Translations under genes and position numbers: made by a program | Assembly (NCBI GenBank): GCA_000004985.1 | Contig: GG738858.1 | DNA: 64,000 nucleotides | Direction: 5' to 3' (one strand) | Origin: Naegleria gruberi | Lineage: Eukaryota | Notes under the pieces: generated by a model | Databases searched by the model: none | Seen by the model: only the letters and a program-made list of their open reading frames with translations | Told to the model about the DNA's origin: nothing | In this document: piece by piece, positions 12,145-22,395 of the stretch | How the letters are laid out: each line of letters opens with the position of its first letter | How positions within the stretch are numbered: position 1 is the stretch's first letter

Positions 12145-14137
12145 ATGTCTAATAATCAACACGATCCTTCCACAAGCAACATTGAAAATCAAACCAAAGA
12201 CCCACTCCAACATGAAGTTGCATCAACACAACAACCCAGTGTGAGCACGAGTTTAAACTCTCAAAGAAGAGAAACAGAACAGTTGGAAGTCATGCAATTC
12301 TTAGAGATGGAAGATGTCCTCTCAAAGATGGATAAACAAATAGAATTCAACCACTCAACTCTACCTCAGCAGCAACAGCAAACATTTAACAACACTTCAT
12401 CGCAAAATAATTCACACAGACATAGTAAAACAGTTCAACAACAAGAAAACCAAACAACAATACCCATTCAGAAAGGTAGAAAAAAGGAATTTGTAATATC
12501 AACCAGGTGTGGACAGATTCAATTGACTTTCGAGAGGGTACTTTCGTTTTTAATAATGATTCTCACCATATCCATACTATTAGTAATGAGCATTCTTTCC
12601 ACTGGTATTGTAAGTTTCCAGAAAGCGTTTACGCCAAAAGTTAACTTCAAGTCAAGTCGTCTAAAGTCATTTTAAGTCGAAAAAAAAAGTCAATTTACTG
12701 GCAACAAAATCGATTCAAAGTCGATTCACAGACAACTGGCAATCAACTACAATCGATTCAAAGTCGATCCAATTCTTGTTTTAATTGCTTGCACTGCAGT
12801 GGAACTATTATCAAATAGACTTCTAAAGAACTTGGAGAGAAATAAAGGCTAAAGTAAGAAGAATTGACACCAAATTATGCAAATATATCAAAAGAAAATA
12901 AATTGAGTTAATTCTTCTTTCAACTGCAGGTTGGTGTTAGTTGATTTGGGGATCAATCAAAAGTCGTCTGTTTTTAACGTCATCCAAAATCAAGTCAGGT
13001 CGCACCAAGTCGATCAAAAAAGTTAATTTTTTGCGTAAACGCTTTCTGGAAACTTACAATACTATAGTAATCCAATCCAAGACAGAGGATACTTGCTATC
13101 AACATGTTGCTTCATTACTGGTCAACTTGAACGATATCAAAGTTAGTTTTGATATCATGCTAGGCAGTTCACTTTCAAAACAACGATTACTTTCTGAGGT
13201 TAACAGTACAATGAAAGTGGTGAGCAAAGAATTGGATGCTCTGATATTGGACATTCCATCGTACAATAAGGTCAATAACTTATCTAGAGAATCAATCATA
13301 CCAATGCTGAGGAAGAATTTCAATGATTTTCAAACTGTTCAAACCATAATGTTCAATAATGTTGTGAATAATGTTAAAGATTTCAACTTTTACAAGTTCA
13401 ATTACCTTACTCAACTGCAAATACTTGTTAATAGCTTGGGAGATCCATTAATTATTGCTGATAGAGCTGCGTATAATGAAGATGTGTACATGAATTATAG
13501 TGCCGGTGTTAATTTAATTCTAGTTTCGATTACATTACTAATCATTGTTCCAGTAATGGTAATTGTTTTAATTATTACTATTGGAAGAGATAATTTATTT
13601 ATGGATAAGTTGAAAAAAGCAGATGCACATGTTATTATAGAGGTAATGGAAGATGATCGCTTACATATTTTATTTAAGGAATTCTGCAAACTAAATAATC
13701 AATATTCTAAAGTTCTATTTTTGGAGAAGGTAATGTTGTACAAGGAACAATGTGAGAAAGTTTATGATTTGCATGATCAAATCGAATCTCTATCAGATGT
13801 TTCAGGAGGTGAAGCTAGTAAAAGTCTCAGCCATGAGGTTGACATTTTGGAAGCAAAGAAATTCGAATTGGCATTCGAAATCATAACTGAATTCCTTGAT
13901 AATGACAGTGAATCATTCTTGGGAGTGAAATTACTAGGTGGTAAAAGAGATATTGAAAAAGTTAAAAAGACTTTTGATGAAAAATCAATGAATTTACCAG
14001 ACAAACTTTTCAAATCACTCCAAACTAATGTCGCAGTTTACTTGTTACAAACCCACAAACTATTCCAAGCTCAACAACGGAGAAATAGAGAAGAACGTAA
14101 AAAGAATCGTCTGCTAAAACTTCAAAAACACAAATAA
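12145..14137 (+). CDS. Q/N-rich multi-pass membrane protein with an RGS-like C-terminal region. The coding sequence is interrupted at 12607..13060 by a MITE, and possible splicing is 12145..12609 + 13082..14137.
   Basis: ORF 12145..12675 starts at a true ATG and reads into the inserted element. ORF 12941..14137 has no ATG near its 5' end and starts inside the element. Deleting the element (12607..13060) fuses the two in frame (...ILSTG|TIVIQSKTEDTCYQ...). The downstream part has two TM segments and a stretch (FKEFCKLNNQYSKVLFLEKVMLYKEQCEK...LEAKKFELAFEII) that is RGS-domain-like. Confidence 0.45.
12607..13060. mobile_element. 454-bp MITE-like non-autonomous DNA transposon with 30-bp perfect TIRs (about 40 bp imperfect), possible TA target-site duplication and internal sub-terminal direct repeats; inserted in a coding sequence.
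   Basis: The sequence GTATTGTAAGTTTCCAGAAAGCGTTTACGC at 12605..12634 is the exact reverse complement of 13033..13062. A further 12 bp match at 10/12. Internally, AATCGATTCAAAGTCGAT occurs twice and AAGTCGTC sits near both ends. The element is flanked by TA on both sides (ggTA|ttgtaag ... cttacaa|TAct). It has no coding capacity. Confidence 0.7.
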
Positions 14138-14223
14138 ATTCTCAATCCTCAATTCCAACATTCAAAATTAATAAAATTTAAAAAAGAATTAAATTTAAAA
14201 ATCAATCAAAAAAAGAATAAAAA

Positions 14224-15228
14224 ATGGTTCTTTACAAACTCGGAACAACAACCAGCATTTTGAATTTTAAAACAGCCTTGTTCACTAGAATGAAACAATT
14301 CTATGATAGGGCTGTTAGATTCGATATGACAACACCACCAACAACATTACTCTATAAATCTTCATCATCTTCTGTTCGTAATTGGACATTAATCACTGAT
14401 ACAATTTTCGGAGGTAAATCCGATTGTGAATTGAGTAAAACATCAAATGGAACATGTATATTTAAAGGACAATTATATACTCTGACTAATGGTAGAAAAA
14501 TTTTACCATCATTTGCTAGAATGTGGTTTGTGGTAGGTATTATTTCCTTCAATTTATCAAATTAATCAAATATTAATTATTACTGTAATGATTACGAATA
14601 TTTCTAATTTTTAATAATAATTATAAATTTTCATGATTGATTAAATATTTAGTATCCTATTTACCATTTGGATTTATCAGATTATGAAAATGGTGGAATT
14701 AAGATTAAATATCAAACAGATAGACCTGAGGATTTCCAATTTCATTTTGAATTCAATCATTTTGTTGATGATGTCTTTTTCTATGCACCAATTACACCTG
14801 AAAGAGATTATTCACAACAAGGAGATGCCATCTTTTTCAATGGATCTAAAGGATATCAAACTGACAAGATTAGAACATTCCAAGAAACAGATGAAGATGG
14901 TAGAGTTTGGACTGTCTCTACAATTCCATTCACAAGTTTTTATGTCAACTCTATGGGAGATGAAACAAGAGTGAGTGCTATCAGAAAGGCAAAACAAACA
15001 ACAAGTGCTCAAGTTTTTGATATTGTTTCAATAGGACTTGGTATTAGTTCACTGAAAGAGGGATCTTTTTCATTTGAATTAAAATCTATTGAAGCTTTTG
15101 TTGAAACTGACGCTTCTGATGTACCAAATAGTACTTCTCTTTCATCCACACCAGATATTTCTCAACCAATTTCATCTTCAGATACTCAATCCATTCGTTC
15201 TTCCATTTACCACTCGAACTCACAATAA
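14224..15228 (+). CDS. CIA30/NDUFAF1-family protein (complex I intermediate-associated protein 30-like). Two exons: 14224..14532 and 14653..15228.
   Basis: Exon 1 encodes ...NWTLITDTIFGGKSDCEL...SFARMWFV. A 120-nt GTAGGT...TTTAG intron follows in phase 0. Exon 2 encodes YPIYHLDLSDYENGGIKIKYQ...FFNGSKGYQTDKIRTF...VWTVSTIPFTSFYVNSMGDETRV, a CIA30 domain signature, with an S-rich tail. Confidence 0.6.
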
Positions 15229-15387
15229 AACATGTGGAGAGAAAAATTAAAAAAAACGCGCCAATATTAAACCAAGGCTTTTTTTTGAAATCAAAAAGGA
15301 ACGTTGGATTACCAATAATTTGGTCAATTTATATATTTGTCATCATTGAACAAACAATAATCATCACAGGATTCCGAGGAATTGGAG

Positions 15388-17082
15388 ATGAAGGATCTAA
15401 TAGAAAAAATTAAACTCAAGAAGATGAATAGTCAACAGAGTCAATCATCGGAGATGATCGATTTGAACAAAGAGGATGAAGAACAAGAACCAATATTTAC
15501 TACTTTATCACCAACAAAAGATGTAGAGGCTTCTTCTGAATTAAAGAGAAAATCACGAGATGAAGTTGAAGTGGATCACTCCAAGAGACAAAGAAGAGGA
15601 CACTTTACTATTGATTGTCTTCATATTATTTGTGAATTTTTACCACCACAAAAACTTGGAACAATTATGCTTGTTTGTAAGGATTGGGATGATTTACTCA
15701 AGACCAATTATTATTTCTGGTATTGCCTGTATAAGAGAATGTTTTTTGAAGATTTAAACATTAAGAGAGAAAATATTTCAGAATATGATTTCATGAAGGC
15801 ATTCAAAACAAGATATTCCTTTGTTTTGAAGTACTCAGTGGGTTCGTCTCTGTCTAGATTTTTGGTTGAGCAAGATAATCTTGTAGAAAAGGCATATAGA
15901 TCAGAAGAAAGTGATACTGCAATTGGCTTATTGTCTAAATGTATTGCTTCACAGAATGTACTTCGTAGATACTTTGATTTGCAACGAAAGCAAGTAGATT
16001 GTTCAGTTTCAAGTATCAAATTTTTGAAAGATATTGAAGATGTAAAAGAAGGAAGAAATAATGCCAAGTATTTGATAACAATTTTCCTTGAAAGAAGTGT
16101 TGATTTGACTGACGATGATAGTGATGATGATTTATTGGAAACTAATTTCACTAGGCATGATATTGGAGCTTTGGATAATATCATTAATCAATTCAAGAGG
16201 TTTAAAAAATCAAGAAATAGCATCGTTGTAACAAACTTCCTTAAATTTGGAACAGAAGATGAAGCTAGCCAAAAAATTGACTTTATTATAATTAGCTCTC
16301 TAGGACACCATATTTCGTTTACAGCAGATATTGAAACAAGAGTTTTAGATGAAACATATTTGGACTCTGGAAGAATTAAGGTATTTGGTAAAATTGCTGA
16401 AGAAAAAACTTCACAATTTCTGTTTGAGGTTTTGTTTGATGGTGAAACTGAAAGATCTAAATTCAATTTTAATCACGAATTCACTGAACGTTGTCTTAAG
16501 GAGCTTGGGTTGAAAGATATCAATCCAAGAACACTTTTGTATTTTATTACTAGACTAGTTGATTCTGATATTGATCCTCAGTTCTTCCTTAGAATTCAAC
16601 TTGGAATTATTAATTATAGCGAATTCAACTCAACTAAGCCTTACGAAAGAGAGGGAGAAGATGCATATGTTCAAAATCTATCAGATGAAGAAGAAGAGGA
16701 AGAAGAAGGCGAGGAAGAATTGACTGAGGAAGAAAGAAGATTTGTAGTCGAATCTGATGAAGAAGTGGAAGAAGAGGCCCCACCTGAGGAAGATATTACT
16801 ATTCTAAGTTCTGGAGATGAGATGGAGGATGACGAAGAGGAAGAAGAACAAGAGGAACCAAGCAGGGGTCCAACTAGGAAGGTTATCGAAGACGATGTGG
16901 AAGAAGTGGATGTAGATGATGACAAAGAGGAAGAGGAAGAGGAAAAGGTTGGAACTTTTTCTCCAACAATTGATTTAAATGAAAATTCTGAAGAAAATGA
17001 TACATCTACATCTGAAAATACTGAAAATAAGGAAGGAGGCACAAGTGATAAACCAGTTGAATTGGATTTTGATGACGAATAA
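15388..17082 (+). CDS. F-box-like domain protein with a long acidic (E/D-rich) C-terminal tail.
   Basis: This is the 566-aa ORF; the ATG is 6 nt inside the listed TTG start. It has an F-box-like stretch, HFTIDCLHIICEFLPPQKLGTIMLVCKDWDDLL, and a C-terminal EEEEEGEEELTEEE acidic repeat encoded by GAA/GAG runs. Confidence 0.45.
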   Translation: MKDLIEKIKLKKMNSQQSQSSEMIDLNKEDEEQEPIFTTLSPTKDVEASSELKRKSRDEVEVDHSKRQRRGHFTIDCLHIICEFLPPQKLGTIMLVCKDWDDLLKTNYYFWYCLYKRMFFEDLNIKRENISEYDFMKAFKTRYSFVLKYSVGSSLSRFLVEQDNLVEKAYRSEESDTAIGLLSKCIASQNVLRRYFDLQRKQVDCSVSSIKFLKDIEDVKEGRNNAKYLITIFLERSVDLTDDDSDDDLLETNFTRHDIGALDNIINQFKRFKKSRNSIVVTNFLKFGTEDEASQKIDFIIISSLGHHISFTADIETRVLDETYLDSGRIKVFGKIAEEKTSQFLFEVLFDGETERSKFNFNHEFTERCLKELGLKDINPRTLLYFITRLVDSDIDPQFFLRIQLGIINYSEFNSTKPYEREGEDAYVQNLSDEEEEEEEGEEELTEEERRFVVESDEEVEEEAPPEEDITILSSGDEMEDDEEEEEQEEPSRGPTRKVIEDDVEEVDVDDDKEEEEEEKVGTFSPTIDLNENSEENDTSTSENTENKEGGTSDKPVELDFDDE

Positions 17083-17184
17083 ATCCTCAAATATTGTAAA
17101 TTTTGCCCGCCAAAATATTTCAAGTCAAACAAGGAAAACAAAAAGAAGAACGTTTTCTAAAATAAATATTATTAAAAAAATAAA

Positions 17185-19617
17185 ATGAAAGCCAACTTGA
17201 GTGTGATCAAGTTATCGGATGATTCACTCCAAACATCTACTCATCCACTTTCTAATATATTTAATGATAATGACACTAAATTCGAAACAAGTATATCCTG
17301 TAAACATGTTTATATTTATTTAAATATTAATGATGATAACTTTAAAATTGATAAAATTATTGTCAAGAATAATGGAGCCAATGTAATTGAAGTTTTCGGA
17401 TTGGAGAAAGGATCGTTTGATGATAGTAATGGATCATGTATTCTACCATCAAGTTCCATGTTAAAATTTCATGAAACAAAAAGTAGGACCAAACTTAATG
17501 AACTTTATGTTTTCGATAAGAAACAATTGAATCGTGCAGCTCTTGTGAGACAAGATGAAAAAGATTTTAAAGGATGGAAGAAACTTTCTGTTAAAATTAC
17601 ACAAACATTTGGTGATTATCCTTTCGGATTGCAATACTTTGCCCTTGAGAGTGAATCATCATCATCAGCAAAAACAGATGAATCGAACAAAATGTCTGAT
17701 GAATGTTCTACACCATTAATTATAAGAGGATCCACTTTGGATATTCCTTTCCTTTCCGATGATGATGAACCTATGATAAGTGGACAAGATCAATTAGAGG
17801 AAGCTAGAAAAATGGCAAAAACCAAATTGACCTTATCACCAGCATTGAATATTACTCCAGATCTTGGATCTTCTTCTTCAACACCTTCCAAACCTAAGAA
17901 AAGAACCTTACCAAGTGGTATTGCTGCTAAACCTCAAAAGACTCAAAAGAAGAATGATTTAAGTGATGACAGTGAAAAATCAGATAAGGAAACTAAAAAG
18001 AAAACTAAAAAGCCAGCAGCCAAGACAGACAAAAAACGACCAAAATTTAAATCTATTAGTGACGATGATGACGATAAGGCATCTGCCAGTGATAGCTCAT
18101 CTAAAAAGAAAAAGACAACTAAGAAAGCTGATGCTAAAAAGCCAACCAAAAGAAAAACAACCAAAAAGAAAAAGACATTGGACGATCCATCAGATACAGA
18201 CGATGAAGAAGAATTAATTGATAATGCAAGTGATGCTGATGAAAATGGAAATTTGGCAGGTTTTGTTGTCAGTAACAAAACAGTCATCAAAGATAATAAG
18301 AAACTTCAGGATGGTCCAGTTTGTACAAATAAGACTGATGTTTTACAAGGATGTATTATAGCTATTAGTGGTATTCAGAATCCAAAGAGAACAGAAATTA
18401 GAGAGGCTGCCATGGCTATTGGTGCAAAATATAGACCTCAATATACAGCTGACACTACTCACTTAATTGCTGCCTTTGTTGATGATAGAAATGAAAAGAG
18501 TAAGCAAGCAAAGAAAGCTGGTGCATTCATTGTAAATGCAGAATGGGTTTTTGATTGTGAAAAGAATTCCAGGAGAATGAATGAAAGTAAATATTCTATG
18601 CTGAAGGATGAAAGTGAAGACGAGATTGAAGGTTCTGATGAGGAATATCAATTATCTTCTTCAAGTGATGATCTATTGGGAGATGGTGAGGATAGAGAAT
18701 ATCGTCCAAAAAGAAAAAAGAGAAAGGTAGTAGAAAAGAAGACCAGATCTGTGAAAAAGGAAAGTGACGACGAAACTAATGATGATGGAAACGAAAGCGA
18801 TAAATCGCTAGGAAAAAGTAATAGCCAAAGTTTAGCTCCACCTCCAATTGTAAAATCAGAAAAGAAGGAAAATAGTCAAGTTAAATCCGAAGTAAATTCT
18901 GATGAACAGCAGGTAGTGGCTGATATTCCAATTAAGGTTGAAGAACTCAAAGTTAAGGAAGAAGAGAGCAAACCAATAGCTCAAGACTGTGCCATGGAAG
19001 ATGATATTCTTTCCTCGTCTGATGAACAAGAAGTTTTAAGATTGAAGAGTTTTTATGACAGTGGAAATTATTCGAAATCTTTTTCTGATTTTATTGTTGA
19101 GGATATATTTGCCTTAGCTTACCAAACAGCACAGGATGGAGAGCTTTTTGACTACTTTGACAAGTGGTCACTTAAAACACCAAGTCCAAAGTTTATTAGA
19201 ATGATTGCAAGATCATCCGTTGAAGGTCCAGAGGAAGTAGTCAAACAGTTGGATGAATGCAGAGATAATATTTTAAAATATATTGAGGTCAACTTTGCCT
19301 CTAAAAAACCTAAAACAGATGTAAAGATTGATGGACCTTCAAAAGCACTTCCATCCTTCTTTGCGGGGTGTGTATTCTTTATTGATAGGGCAGTCAAAGG
19401 CAAACAAGAACTCACAAGGTATATCATTTCTTACGGAGGTGAGATTGCGACCAACTTTGAGGAAAGGAAAAATGATATAACACATGTACTTGTAAGCTCT
19501 GAGTATGAGGGCAATATTGCATATAATGATAAGGTAGTAGTGGACTTTAAATTTGTTTTGCACAGTCATAAGAGACAGAGAAAATTGAATGAGGAAGCTT
19601 ATTCTGCTGATTATTAA
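17185..19617 (+). CDS. xrcc1: XRCC1-like DNA-repair scaffold protein with an N-terminal XRCC1 domain, a K/S-rich linker and two BRCT domains; single exon.
   Basis: The N-terminal region ...KKLSVKITQTFGDYPFGLQYFALE corresponds to human XRCC1 KIVCSQPY..SPFGLSFVRF. The first BRCT domain, LQGCIIAISGIQNPKRTEIREAAMAIGAKYRPQYTADTTHLIAAF...NAEWVFDC, is near-colinear with human BRCT1. The second, FFAGCVFFIDRAVKGKQELTRYIISYGGEIA...HVLVS, sits at the C-terminus. Confidence 0.8.
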   Translation: MKANLSVIKLSDDSLQTSTHPLSNIFNDNDTKFETSISCKHVYIYLNINDDNFKIDKIIVKNNGANVIEVFGLEKGSFDDSNGSCILPSSSMLKFHETKSRTKLNELYVFDKKQLNRAALVRQDEKDFKGWKKLSVKITQTFGDYPFGLQYFALESESSSSAKTDESNKMSDECSTPLIIRGSTLDIPFLSDDDEPMISGQDQLEEARKMAKTKLTLSPALNITPDLGSSSSTPSKPKKRTLPSGIAAKPQKTQKKNDLSDDSEKSDKETKKKTKKPAAKTDKKRPKFKSISDDDDDKASASDSSSKKKKTTKKADAKKPTKRKTTKKKKTLDDPSDTDDEEELIDNASDADENGNLAGFVVSNKTVIKDNKKLQDGPVCTNKTDVLQGCIIAISGIQNPKRTEIREAAMAIGAKYRPQYTADTTHLIAAFVDDRNEKSKQAKKAGAFIVNAEWVFDCEKNSRRMNESKYSMLKDESEDEIEGSDEEYQLSSSSDDLLGDGEDREYRPKRKKRKVVEKKTRSVKKESDDETNDDGNESDKSLGKSNSQSLAPPPIVKSEKKENSQVKSEVNSDEQQVVADIPIKVEELKVKEEESKPIAQDCAMEDDILSSSDEQEVLRLKSFYDSGNYSKSFSDFIVEDIFALAYQTAQDGELFDYFDKWSLKTPSPKFIRMIARSSVEGPEEVVKQLDECRDNILKYIEVNFASKKPKTDVKIDGPSKALPSFFAGCVFFIDRAVKGKQELTRYIISYGGEIATNFEERKNDITHVLVSSEYEGNIAYNDKVVVDFKFVLHSHKRQRKLNEEAYSADY

Positions 19618-19626
19618 ATAAATAAT

Positions 19627-21300
19627 TTATGATCTTTCGAAAAGTAATCTTTGACCTCTGACCTTTTCATTAATTTCTCCTTCATCATAAACAAGAGCAC
19701 CATTAACGAAAGTCTTTTTGACTTTTGACTTGAATGTATGACCTTCAAATGGAGACCATCCACACTTGTACAAAATGTTACTCTTATCAACAGTCCATGG
19801 GTCATCTAAATCAACCAAAACCAGATCAGCCTTAAATCCCTTTCTAATAAAACCTCTCTTTTCAATTTGGAAAACAATGGCAGGATTGTGACACATCTTT
19901 TCCACAATCTTTTCCAAGCTAATTTTTCCTTGATGATAAAAATCGAGCATGGCAACTAGGCTGTGTTGAACAAGTGGACCACCAGATGCTGCTTTGAAGT
20001 AACTACTTGTCTTTTCACTGATTGTGTGAGGGGCGTGATCTGTAGCAATGACATCTAAACGATCATCCAATAGAGCTTTCCACAATCCTTCTCTATCTTG
20101 TTCAGTCTTTACAGATGGATTCCATTTAATAAATGCTCCCTTAGTTTCATAATCCTTATCACTGAACCACAAGTGGTGAATACAAACTTCAGATGTAATT
20201 CTCTTCTTTGCAAGAGGTGTTTCATTGTCGAATAAATGAGTTTCTCTTTCAGTGGAAATGTGGAAAATATGCAAACGAGTATTGTGCTTTTTAGCCAAAG
20301 AAACAGCATATGAGGATGAAAGATAACATGCTTCAGCACTTCTAATATCTGGATGGCATCTAATTGGAACATCTTCACCATACTTTTCCTTATGAATTTT
20401 AGAATTTTCACGAATTGTCTTTTCATCTTCACAGTGAGCAGCAATCAATAATTTAGTTTTAGAAAAGATATCATCCAATACCTTAGGATCATCCACTAAC
20501 ATATTTCCAGTACTACTTCCCAAGAATAACTTAATTCCAGCAACATTTCTACCATTGGTCTTTAAAATTTCATCCAAATTTGTCAAAGTACCTCCAAGCA
20601 TGAATGAATAATTAATTAGTGACGAATTCTGTGCAATTTGGAATTTTTGCTCTAATAATTCTTGTGTGGTAGTTTGAGGATTAGTATTTGGTTGTTCAAT
20701 AAATGTTGTGACACCTCCAGCAGCTGCAGCTCTAGATTCAGTAAAGATATTAGCTTTGTGAGTCAATCCAGGTTCTCGGAAGTGCACTTGATCATCAATT
20801 ACACCAGGAAGTAAATGTAAACCAGTTCCATTAATAAACTTATCATATTCTCGATCTGCCATAATATTACTCAATTTATCTTGGTCATTCTCTTGATGTA
20901 AAATCATTTTAATTTTTTCTCCTTCAATAAGTACTGATCCTAAGAACATTTCATTATCATTCACAATAGTAGCATTATAAATTAAAGTTTTAGTCCTATC
21001 TCTATTTGAAACACTATCCAATCTCATATATAATCTAACAAGAACAGCAATAACTACAAAGTACAATGGTACTTTGAGCCAAGCAGGTCTTTTGTCCTTT
21101 CTCCTTCTCGTTGTAGAAGTTGTTGTCGATTCCGAAGCATCTTCTCCCTTATTCCCCTGAGAACGTCTATTTTTCAATACATTGTCTGCAACAGTGGTGA
21201 AACTTGCCTTCTCATCCTTCTCGTCTCCAGTGTTGTTGGATGATGATGAGGTTATCTTCTTATCGGTCATTTTTTTCTTCTTTCTTTTCAAAACCTTCAT
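19627..21300 (-). CDS. Membrane-anchored cyclic amidohydrolase (allantoinase/dihydroorotase/dihydropyrimidinase superfamily).
   Basis: The 557-aa ORF starts at ATG 21300 and has a basic N-terminus followed by a TM segment (LYFVVIAVLVRLY). Metal-binding motifs are GVIDDQVHFREPG, ESRAAAAGGVTT, a carboxylated-lysine region and VIATDHAPH. Its stop lies 9 nt from the XRCC1 stop. Confidence 0.6.
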   Translation of the reverse strand: MKVLKRKKKKMTDKKITSSSSNNTGDEKDEKASFTTVADNVLKNRRSQGNKGEDASESTTTSTTRRRKDKRPAWLKVPLYFVVIAVLVRLYMRLDSVSNRDRTKTLIYNATIVNDNEMFLGSVLIEGEKIKMILHQENDQDKLSNIMADREYDKFINGTGLHLLPGVIDDQVHFREPGLTHKANIFTESRAAAAGGVTTFIEQPNTNPQTTTQELLEQKFQIAQNSSLINYSFMLGGTLTNLDEILKTNGRNVAGIKLFLGSSTGNMLVDDPKVLDDIFSKTKLLIAAHCEDEKTIRENSKIHKEKYGEDVPIRCHPDIRSAEACYLSSSYAVSLAKKHNTRLHIFHISTERETHLFDNETPLAKKRITSEVCIHHLWFSDKDYETKGAFIKWNPSVKTEQDREGLWKALLDDRLDVIATDHAPHTISEKTSSYFKAASGGPLVQHSLVAMLDFYHQGKISLEKIVEKMCHNPAIVFQIEKRGFIRKGFKADLVLVDLDDPWTVDKSNILYKCGWSPFEGHTFKSKVKKTFVNGALVYDEGEINEKVRGQRLLFERS

Positions 21301-21422
21301 ACAAAATTTGAGTAAGCCTAGTAACCCTGACCAATTGAGTTGGTGGGTACTTGTAAAAAAGACATATTATTTCTTTATGGCTTGCAATATGAGGCATCTC
21401 TCAAAAGTTTAATTCTATAATA

Positions 21423-22214
21423 ATGAAAATTAAATTAAAATTGAAAAAAATGTTTCTTCTGGATGGAGTGCCTTCCATTGATCAATACAAGGAGGGTTTA
21501 CCGACTGGTTGTGAGGCCACAGCTGCTGCACAGGCTTTACAATATTTGGGAGTGAAAGTGAGTGCAATGCAAGTGGTGCAAATGCTCAAGAGAGAACCAT
21601 TCATGTTTTCTTTCGGAAATACAATTGGAAATGATGAAAATAAATTGAATAGATTTGGTGGAAATCCGAATAGAGCATTTGTTGGTGATCCATTGAGTGC
21701 ATCTGTTGGAATGGGGTAATTATTTGATGATATTTAAAGCTTAGGTATTTTACAATAATTATTCACATTGGAAAGAGTTTATGAAAAACCAGTGAGAGAG
21801 TTGGTGAATGGAATGTTTATTCCAATGATGATGAAAAGACCAATTGATGATAGACAAATTATTGGAGTTAAAGAATTGTCTCAATCATCGCTTGATTATA
21901 TACTTGATTATTTGGAAAGAACCAAAGTACCGATTGTTATTTGGACAACTCTGAAACAAAGAGAGCCATTCTTTGTGGAAGAAGAAGTGTGGTATGATTA
22001 TTTAGATAGAAATTGTATCATTAAATGGAAGAGTCCAGAACATTGTGTCACTTTGGTCGGATTCACAAATGAAAATGTCATTGTCAATGATCCAGATACA
22101 GGCAAACAAGAACATTATGATAGGAAGATATTCGAGAAGAGATTTATTGAGATGGGCTCCATGGCCTTCTCTTTTACAATTGATGAGGGAGATAAGTGTC
22201 TTAATGATTATTGA
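21423..22214 (+). CDS. Peptidase C39-like (BtrH/YvpB-type, PF13529-like) cysteine peptidase domain protein. Two exons: 21423..21715 and 21776..22214.
   Basis: Exon 1 encodes ...GLPTGCEATAAAQALQYLGVKVS (catalytic Cys context) ...SASVGMG. A 60-nt GTAATT...AAAG intron follows in phase 2. Exon 2 encodes VYEKPVRELVNG...EHCVTLVGFTNENVIVNDPDTG, which supplies the catalytic His. Coding GC is markedly higher, about 40-45% in exon 1, than in neighbouring genes. Confidence 0.5.
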
Positions 22215-22395
22215 GATTAAATTTACGCATACATCTCAGTGCCACTGATCATGCAGTGATTCTCAATATCAACGGTGTTATCTTTATCCAAATTCACGGA
22301 CTAATAAGGAGATAGATTAACAAGGACCAAATACTTCCCGCCAAATAAACTACCGTTAATCGCTACAAACAGTTTAAAAAATTCAATAATAAAAA

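Noticed and set aside
12941-13081. ATG-less 5' extension of ORF 12941..14137 (MIWGSIKSRLF...) as the start of an independent gene.
   Set aside because: Its first codon is TTG and there is no ATG for more than 70 codons. The sequence lies inside the MITE and includes its right TIR. It is better explained as insertion-derived sequence in front of the downstream part of the 12145 gene.
17943-18290. Antisense ORFs inside large genes. Examples are 17943..18290 (minus, inside XRCC1), 9142..9790 (plus, inside RluA), 48306..49317 (plus, inside the transposase) and 53771..53956.
   Set aside because: These are open frames produced by low-complexity K/E/S-rich or AT-rich coding sequence on the opposite strand. 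They have no ATG context, no homology, and fully overlap well-supported genes.
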